Source: a virus (Duplodnaviria > Caudoviricetes). Taken from it: DNA of 53,148 bases. Numbering within the stretch: position 1 is the stretch's first letter; each line of letters begins with the position of its first letter. Below the pieces are notes generated by a model. It saw only the letters and a program-made list of their open reading frames with translations, searched no databases and had not been told where the DNA came from. The DNA lies in IMG/VR virus record IMGVR_UViG_3300042402_000726, positions 1 to 53,148 of that record. One strand, given 5' to 3'. The translations under genes were made by a program, and so were the position numbers. Shown piece after piece: positions 36,250-42,275 of the stretch.

Positions 36250-38325
36250 CTAGTAATTATGTGGCGCATCAATTGATGCAACGATGTCGTCTACTTTCAT
36301 AGGATCGTACATTGTTGGTGGTGTGCCGACAAGTCCACCGTTGGCAAAATTGACATTTTTTTGAAGAAAGTCATCCATCAATGATTCAATCTCATTATCA
36401 GTTGCATATCTTCCAAACTTTTCTTTTGCTATGTTTTGCAATTCTGGATGAAGATGAGAGTTTTCTCGATTTAAATCAATCAACCCAGTGTTTTCAAAAT
36501 CCCCAACACTCGACCAATCTTTTGATCTCACAAAGTCTTGCACAGCAGGAAGATATTTTGCATTAGGCGCAGCGTTTTGTTTGCCTTTGATTTGAACGAT
36601 TTTTGGCGGAGCATCACCATATATCATGCGCATATATTCATTTGCGGCATCTAAATCTTTTAAATGCGGGTTTTGTTGATTGTACTCAGCTATATTTGCT
36701 TGAAGAATCTTACGTTCATCATTGGGTAAGTTCATATAAATATTTTCATAATGATGCGCAGGATTCATATTTGTTGTTTCAATCGTCACATGCGGTTCAC
36801 CACGTCTATCACGCAATGAGTAAATATTGGTATCACCCCTTCCTACCTCATCACAATACTGACCGACACAATGCCCCATCGTGTCACCTTCAAAATTCAG
36901 TGCGGCTTGTAGTGCATCACGTCTTTCAATTTCTTTATAATCAAGCAAAGCATCTTCTGGTGTAGTGCCGCTAGACCATACCACACCATTTTGATCAAAT
37001 ATTGCTGGATTACCACGACTGTTTTCAGCTATATAATGACCTTCCTGCAATGTAGGCTCTGGCATTTTCATTTGCATCCAAGCTAATCCTTGATCTGGAT
37101 ATTCTTTGTGCATTACGGTTGCAGCGTTGCGACCTTCTTTGAGCTTCTCAGCGTCACGCCATGCGTTGATCTTGGCAACATGCTCAACAGCCTGCGGCAT
37201 GGAAACGCGACTGAGCTTTGCTGGATCTATGCGCAAAAAGTCTGGAAGATCTGTGTCTGGGCGTGTAGCTTTGCGAAGTTCGTCAGCAAGTTTGTCAAAT
37301 CCAGTTCCCATCATACTATCTGGTAGATAAACCCTATCTTCATCGCTAAGGTTTGATAGCCAAGGATTTCTGTTTTTATCCTCGCTATTAACGTATTTAA
37401 CTGTTATAGGCGTAATGTTTCTATCAGCGTAATGTTCCCACAGTTTACCTATGCCGGTTTTTGCAATCCCTTCTACTGGGTATCCTGCACTGTGACGTTT
37501 ATCCATCACATCATCAATGTCAAATTCACGAGGATCTCTTGGCGTGTAATGCAGAGGATTGTAACCTTCAAGCTCTGAGATCTTGTCTTGAATTGTAAGA
37601 GCATCTCTATTGGCATTAGCCATGCGATTAGCAATTACCTCTGGTGGTAATCCCATGTCTTCATACTTAGCGGCAAGCTCTTGCAAGTTTGGGATCTTTG
37701 ATTGTTGCTGACTGATAAGCACATCACGTTTGGCAGGCCATTCCTCCGCAATGCGTCGAATAGGATCTTCTGGCGTACCCATTTCGTTTTTGATGTACTT
37801 GCCGAGCTTTTGCTGTAGCCAATCGTTAACTGCCATGACCGGTACAGTTTCATTATATTCGTGTGGCATTAGGTGCATACCGGCACGCGCATAACCAGCA
37901 AGCTCTGGATCTACTGATCGAGTAAATTGATTAGCGGCTTTTTCTGGCGTTCTGCCAAAAGTATCAAGCCAATTACCACCCTTTGGCTTGATGATCATCC
38001 CAACATTGCCAGCCATTGCATTGCGTGCGGTGCTTTCGGCAGGACCGGCAAGCAACATGGCTGTGTCAGCTAACGATTGTGCGCGTCCTTTTTTGAATTG
38101 CGGTACGTTACTCATCTCCGGAACACGCATAGGCGCATCACCATATGACCAGTTTTCTATTTCTTCGGGTGCGTTTCCAAGTAACATGTCACCAGCACCA
38201 GATCCACCAAGTAGCGGAACCCAGTCTGGAACAGAATATTGATTGCCAGATGATTTGGCGGTTTGAAGAAGCTCTGCAAGTTTTGCAAGGCTAGGCTGTT
38301 GTGGTATTGCTCTGTTATACGGCAT
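36250..38325 (-). CDS. Polyvalent-type protein with a PcfJ-like C-terminal domain
   Basis: EGDTMGHCVGQY...IYSLRD..GEPHVTIE...IVQIKGKQN. N-terminal leader shared with 31042..36240. C-terminal FANGGLV. Confidence 0.75.
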   Translation of the reverse strand: MPYNRAIPQQPSLAKLAELLQTAKSSGNQYSVPDWVPLLGGSGAGDMLLGNAPEEIENWSYGDAPMRVPEMSNVPQFKKGRAQSLADTAMLLAGPAESTARNAMAGNVGMIIKPKGGNWLDTFGRTPEKAANQFTRSVDPELAGYARAGMHLMPHEYNETVPVMAVNDWLQQKLGKYIKNEMGTPEDPIRRIAEEWPAKRDVLISQQQSKIPNLQELAAKYEDMGLPPEVIANRMANANRDALTIQDKISELEGYNPLHYTPRDPREFDIDDVMDKRHSAGYPVEGIAKTGIGKLWEHYADRNITPITVKYVNSEDKNRNPWLSNLSDEDRVYLPDSMMGTGFDKLADELRKATRPDTDLPDFLRIDPAKLSRVSMPQAVEHVAKINAWRDAEKLKEGRNAATVMHKEYPDQGLAWMQMKMPEPTLQEGHYIAENSRGNPAIFDQNGVVWSSGTTPEDALLDYKEIERRDALQAALNFEGDTMGHCVGQYCDEVGRGDTNIYSLRDRRGEPHVTIETTNMNPAHHYENIYMNLPNDERKILQANIAEYNQQNPHLKDLDAANEYMRMIYGDAPPKIVQIKGKQNAAPNAKYLPAVQDFVRSKDWSSVGDFENTGLIDLNRENSHLHPELQNIAKEKFGRYATDNEIESLMDDFLQKNVNFANGGLVGTPPTMYDPMKVDDIVASIDAPHNY

Positions 38326-39865
38326 AAGGATTCACTCGCTCACGTTTTGGCTCACGTCGCTCGTCGATGTCCTTTGCTACCGGTAACTCAAACCATCCAT
38401 CGTCTTTGAGATAGATGACCGCCTGCGTGAACGTATCGACATAGTCGTCGTGTTCTGCCACTGGAAATTTTGCCAGTTGTTTTAAAAATGCAGCCGCCCA
38501 ACTAACAGGTTGACCACGATTCTTTTTAGACTCTGGGATCCACAACAAACCCAACTCTAATGTCGGTGCAGCTTGGTGTGCGCGTGAAATCTTGTCTGCT
38601 TTACCGGGATTATAACCCACTGCTGGAACTTTCGCCAATCTCAGATCCTGCAATAATGACTGCCCACTTGCCTTGGCTTCCACCAGGATACGATCCGGTC
38701 TGCGTGCGCGTGAATGTGGTGACTCTTTTGACATCCCACCATACTCGGTTGTCCAATCCTTGATTGCCTTGGCACGCAGATCTGGGTAGCTGAGATGTTC
38801 ATCCCACGCATCAATGAGCATTGCGTTGCGCTCGCCCTTGTGCGTAAACATTGCCCACACGGTGCAAGCCGTTGGATCGCCTGTGGTCTTCTCGGTGAAC
38901 GCGCAGTCGTATGACTGCAAGATGTATTCAAACGGAGGCAAGCCATCATCTGCTGACCATAAGCCAAAGTATTTGGTCTTGAGGATACCACCAGATACCG
39001 GTGCTGGATCTTGCTGCAACTGTCCAGCAGTACCATATTCACCCAGCAGTTGCTTGAGCATCGTGATTTCTTTATCGCCAAACCGATCTGGGCAGATCAG
39101 CTCGCCTTTTACTTTACGAGGATCATACGCACCAAGGATAGTTTTACGATGCTTACCATCCCACTCTGCGGGAATACAGATATGCTCCCAGCCTTTGATG
39201 TCGTTTAAGATATGACCGCTGATGTCACGCTCGTGCAAACGTTGCATGACCGTCACCATCGCATCGGTTTTTGGGTTATTAAGACGTGTTGACCACACCA
39301 TGTCAAACCACTCGAGGTCTGACTCACGCATCGCTTCAGACTGAGCCGCCTGTGCGCCATGTGGATCATCCAGTATCAATCGTGATCCACCCTCACCCGT
39401 TGCCGTACCGCCAACAGACGTTGCAAGTCGATAGCCAGTCTTGTCGTTTTCAAAACGTTGCTTGGCGTTCTGATCGCCAGCAAACTTGAACATGTGACCC
39501 CAACGCTCTTGATACCAAGGTGACTGTAGCAATCTTCGTGTCTTCAAATTGTCGCGTGTTGACAGCGTGCCAGAATAAGACGCGCAAAGGAACTTCTGAG
39601 CAGGATCTGTGATCCACTCCCATGCCGGCCACATCACTGACACAATCGTTGATTTAGAATGACGCGGAGGAATGTTGATGAGCAGTCGATGTATCTCGCC
39701 AGCACTGACTGCTTCGAGATGCTCGCAAATCTCCTCGATGTGCCATGACTCCATGAATTGAATACCGGGTTCAACGACATGCCATGACTGTTTAACAAAT
39801 TCATAGAGTGAAGCAGACGCTGCGCGTCGTGCCTTCTCAGCCTTGACCTTTTCAAGCAGTGTCAC
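38315..39865 (-). CDS. terL: Terminase large subunit
   Basis: LLINIPPRHSKS (Walker A), LILDDPH (Walker B), VMQRLHERD, LQQDP, QSYDCA, VEAKASG, HDDYVD. Confidence 0.95.
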   Translation of the reverse strand: MTLLEKVKAEKARRAASASLYEFVKQSWHVVEPGIQFMESWHIEEICEHLEAVSAGEIHRLLINIPPRHSKSTIVSVMWPAWEWITDPAQKFLCASYSGTLSTRDNLKTRRLLQSPWYQERWGHMFKFAGDQNAKQRFENDKTGYRLATSVGGTATGEGGSRLILDDPHGAQAAQSEAMRESDLEWFDMVWSTRLNNPKTDAMVTVMQRLHERDISGHILNDIKGWEHICIPAEWDGKHRKTILGAYDPRKVKGELICPDRFGDKEITMLKQLLGEYGTAGQLQQDPAPVSGGILKTKYFGLWSADDGLPPFEYILQSYDCAFTEKTTGDPTACTVWAMFTHKGERNAMLIDAWDEHLSYPDLRAKAIKDWTTEYGGMSKESPHSRARRPDRILVEAKASGQSLLQDLRLAKVPAVGYNPGKADKISRAHQAAPTLELGLLWIPESKKNRGQPVSWAAAFLKQLAKFPVAEHDDYVDTFTQAVIYLKDDGWFELPVAKDIDERREPKRERVNPYAV

Positions 39866-40398
39866 GCACTCGCCTTTTGAAGTAGCGCATGCATCGTATC
39901 CAGTTCATCATCGCTCAACCCTTTAAAATCACCAGCCGTTTGTTGCGTGTTGTTGATCTGAATGGCGGTATCAATGTCTTTGCCTAGGATTGTTTCTTTT
40001 CCTTTTTGCAGTGCATTCTGCGCTTGCGTGTGTTCTTGGATGGTAATTGTTTCATCCACTTTGCGCATCATAGTGGACAAATTCTTCATGGTAGATTTCT
40101 TAAAGAACTCTAAATGACTGAGTCTTTCGTTAACCAAATCATTATGCACAATGATGTCTGTTTCTTTTAATGTATCCTTCTGTTTCTTTATTTCGCTAAG
40201 TGATTGTTTTGCGGCTGTTTCTTTTATTACAAGCTGTTTCTTTTCTTCAGACTTAATCCAATTGTATTTTGTAGCACGTTTACTTATCTGTGATCGTGAT
40301 TTAATGCTTACATTTTCACGCTCGACTATCTCAGCCAGTGATAATCCAGCCTCATAATAACTTTGCACCAATTGCCAATCTTTTTCACTGTAAGCCAT
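39862..40398 (-). CDS. terS: Putative terminase small subunit
   Basis: N-terminal HTH (W..V...YEAG.SL.EI...ISKRA....W), helical middle, LSDDEL C-terminus. Overlaps the terL start. Confidence 0.7.
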   Translation of the reverse strand: MAYSEKDWQLVQSYYEAGLSLAEIVERENVSIKSRSQISKRATKYNWIKSEEKKQLVIKETAAKQSLSEIKKQKDTLKETDIIVHNDLVNERLSHLEFFKKSTMKNLSTMMRKVDETITIQEHTQAQNALQKGKETILGKDIDTAIQINNTQQTAGDFKGLSDDELDTMHALLQKASA

Positions 40399-40879
40399 TG
40401 ATCACCTCATCTACATTTGATAGTGCATCATCAATGTATTGCAAATCTTTTTCATCAAGCCTAAACCATTCACCACGCACATGTTTTTTATTAAAAAAGA
40501 TGTGTAGCATTTTTTCTATAGTTGCCGGTGCTTTGGTTTCGTAGGCTTTGAATGCAAATAAATTATAAGGACATCCAGTTTGCATTGAGCTTAACCTTGA
40601 ATTTATATCATTGGTGATGCCAATCTTGTAAATACCATCAAATTCTTTAGCAGTGATAATGTAAAGAATATTAGATGCTTTGATCCATTTTATTTTGTTT
40701 TGTTCTTCTTCTGATAATACGCTTTTAAACACGTCTTTTTGCCAACCACGTTGTTTGGCTTGTTTTGAAATGTTTGATCCATCAATACCTGTCAAAGCTG
40801 TAATTTGTCTTAAAGATTTTCCATCTTCATAAAAACCTTTTGCTTTTGCCCAGGCTTCTTGCGTCGCCCTCTTTGCCAT
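40385..40879 (-). CDS. GIY-YIG-superfamily (T5orf172/MUG113-like) endonuclease fused to a TerS-like HTH
   Basis: LYII...YKIGITNDINSRL..MQTGCPY.L...IEKMLH..F...HVRGEWFRL. N-terminus resembles the TerS HTH. Confidence 0.82.
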   Translation of the reverse strand: MAKRATQEAWAKAKGFYEDGKSLRQITALTGIDGSNISKQAKQRGWQKDVFKSVLSEEEQNKIKWIKASNILYIITAKEFDGIYKIGITNDINSRLSSMQTGCPYNLFAFKAYETKAPATIEKMLHIFFNKKHVRGEWFRLDEKDLQYIDDALSNVDEVINGLQ

Positions 40880-40913
40880 CTGCTACCTCTCGATTGCACA
40901 ATAAAATAAATAA

Positions 40914-41099
40914 ACTATGACTAAAAGCACTGTTTACTGCCCCATGACAATCAGTTCTAATCTTCCCTATGTCATTAGTAGACTACCGTTACCAGTAGCC
41001 GTAACCCGTGTGGATCGCGTAGCTAGTGCGACTTATCCACTTTAAAGGCTGCAAGGTTGCGAATTGCGGTACGCTACGAGCAATGCTTTTAGTGATAGT
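40914..41099 (-). ncRNA. Unassigned structured RNA (about 186 nt)
   Basis: 19-bp closing stem with one mismatch, three internal hairpins including a GTAA (GNRA) tetraloop, and a possible pseudoknot. Confidence 0.6.
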
Positions 41100-41136
41100 A
41101 AAAAACCACCACGCCATAAACTGCAATGAGTGGTGG
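41100..41136 (-). terminator. Terminator-like hairpin downstream of the C4-like RNA
   Basis: CCACCAC...GTGGTGG stem followed by TTTTTT on the minus strand. The loop is long. Confidence 0.5.
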
Positions 41137-41148
41137 CCGTGTTTTAGT

Positions 41149-41273
41149 TGATAGTTGCCGGTACTGATCTCCGACATGGTGTTATTTGTTGACATACTTT
41201 CAGTCAATCCCAAGTTTCCTATTCGCACCGACGTGCCATTACCGCTGTGCATCAGCCTTCGCATTAACTATCA
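41149..41273 (-). ncRNA. C4 antisense RNA-like motif (P1/P7 c4 family)
   Basis: Minus strand TGATAGTT-AATGCGAAGGCTGATGC...GTCGGAGATCAGTACCGGC-AACTATCA matches the C4 hallmarks AATGC..AGGCTGATG and CGGAGATCAG.ACCGG as I recall them. Closed by an 8-bp stem. Confidence 0.8.
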
Positions 41274-41277
41274 CAAC

Positions 41278-41359
41278 TGGCGACTGTTGGGAGTTGAACC
41301 CAAATCAAGCAACTTTTAACGTTAGACCTCGCTGGTAGCTAACCAGCCTTCAATCGCCA
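41278..41359 (-). ncRNA. tRNA-like structure (non-canonical)
   Basis: T-arm TTGGG-TTCAACT-CCCAA, 8-9 bp acceptor-like stem GGCGATTG/CAGTCGCC, 6-bp D-like stem. The anticodon arm is weak and misplaced. Confidence 0.55.
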
Positions 41360-41470
41360 TGTGTAATAGTGCTTGTCTTTCCAAGCTGTCAACATAACTA
41401 AACCCAAACTACAAACCAGCCATTGATAAATCGCCAAAAATAAAAATGCTGATTTGTGTTTGGCATAAAC

Positions 41471-41641
41471 TTATTCGTCGTCTTCTAAATGCTCTGACGA
41501 TGCTCTTTGAATCATCATACTATCTGCTAGGTAATACGCAAGACTTGGAATGGTTTCAAACGCTACATTTAATCTTCCAGCCAAAATTCCCTGCATTGCA
41601 TGTGCCGCAAAATAATCTCGCAGATCTTCGTATTCAGTCAT
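41471..41641 (-). CDS. 56-aa conserved phage protein (LRDYFAAxAMQG family; not in the ORF track)
   Basis: MTEYEDLRDYFAAHAMQGIL...AYYLADSMM..R. GGAG RBS and TAATG coupling. Confidence 0.8.
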   Translation of the reverse strand: MTEYEDLRDYFAAHAMQGILAGRLNVAFETIPSLAYYLADSMMIQRASSEHLEDDE

Positions 41642-41967
41642 TACTTTTCTCCGTTAAAACAATCTTTATTGTTTTCAATAAATAAAATTAAATCATTGTA
41701 TAAATCAACGTACTTTTCTTTTAAGTAAAACGAATCTTTAGTCTTAGCAAATCTTTTTTCTTCAAGATTATAAGCTAACCAAAAATTAATTTTTGAATTT
41801 AAATACCCATCACCAACAAGTTTAAAATTAATCCAACTGCCAGCGTCACCGATGTTAAATATTCGATTGTAAAATATCCATTCAACATTTTTAAAATTAC
41901 TAACCTTTCCAATGGCTAAATAATCTTCTGTCTTTGGATGTGTTCCGCCAAATAATACATTGCTCAT
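41641..41967 (-). CDS. Hypothetical protein, very AT-rich
   Basis: 108-aa ORF coupled to the downstream gene. No recognisable motif. Confidence 0.6.
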   Translation of the reverse strand: MSNVLFGGTHPKTEDYLAIGKVSNFKNVEWIFYNRIFNIGDAGSWINFKLVGDGYLNSKINFWLAYNLEEKRFAKTKDSFYLKEKYVDLYNDLILFIENNKDCFNGEK

Positions 41968-41980
41968 AAATTTTACCCAT

Positions 41981-42089
41981 AAAAAAAACCGTCTTCTTTG
42001 TTAGGTGATAATTGCCGTGAAAAGTTGCGGCTCTAACTTGAATTCGGTTTTGTTTAACTTTTCACTAAATTAGGTTTATCACAACCTAG
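41981..42089 (-). promoter_or_regulatory. Structured leader / attenuator-like element
   Basis: Overlapping complementary blocks GTGAAAAGTT/AACTTTTCAC, AAAACCG/CGGTTTT and GTGATAA/TTATCAC, a TAGGTT/AACCTA hairpin, and a T8 run at the 3' end. Confidence 0.45.
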
Positions 42090-42094
42090 AAATA

Positions 42095-42122
42095 ATTATA
42101 CAGTATTTTTAAAAATTATACA
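42095..42122 (-). promoter_or_regulatory. Tandem TATAAT boxes, probable leftward promoter(s)
   Basis: TGTATAAT occurs twice, 20 bp apart, on the minus strand upstream of the leader, RNA cluster and packaging genes. Confidence 0.5.
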
Positions 42123-42152
42123 TGAATTTATTACGCTTAAAAGTTCGCACAA

Positions 42153-42272
42153 CATAAACGCCCTACCCGCCCTACTTCTAAAGAAAGTAGGGCGTGGGCG
42201 GGCGTTATTTATGCTGTTTTTGTCAAAACGCCCGCCCTAATTAAAATACCGCCCTAGGGCGTTTTGGGCGTT
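42153..42272. repeat. CGCCC/GGGCG iteron-like cluster with inverted repeats, candidate replication origin
   Basis: Ten CGCCC/GGGCG pentamers in about 112 bp, with stem CGCCCTACTT/AAGTAGGGCG. Directly downstream of the primase-helicase and next to an AT-rich tract. Confidence 0.7.
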
Positions 42273-42275
42273 CCA

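Noticed and set aside
40989-41264. 91-aa minus-strand ORF and 41446..41685 plus-strand ORF
   Set aside because: The first overlaps the C4-like and structured RNA elements and lacks an RBS. The second is antisense to a recognisable 56-aa gene.
41278-41359. Functional tRNA-Leu(TAA) or tRNA-Sec
   Set aside because: The anticodon stem is only 4 bp and displaced, there is no TCA anticodon or long variable arm, and the D-loop consensus is missing. Kept only as tRNA-like.
42153-42272. CRISPR array or mini-array
   Set aside because: The repeats are 5-10 bp, inverted and irregularly spaced, with no repeat-spacer periodicity.
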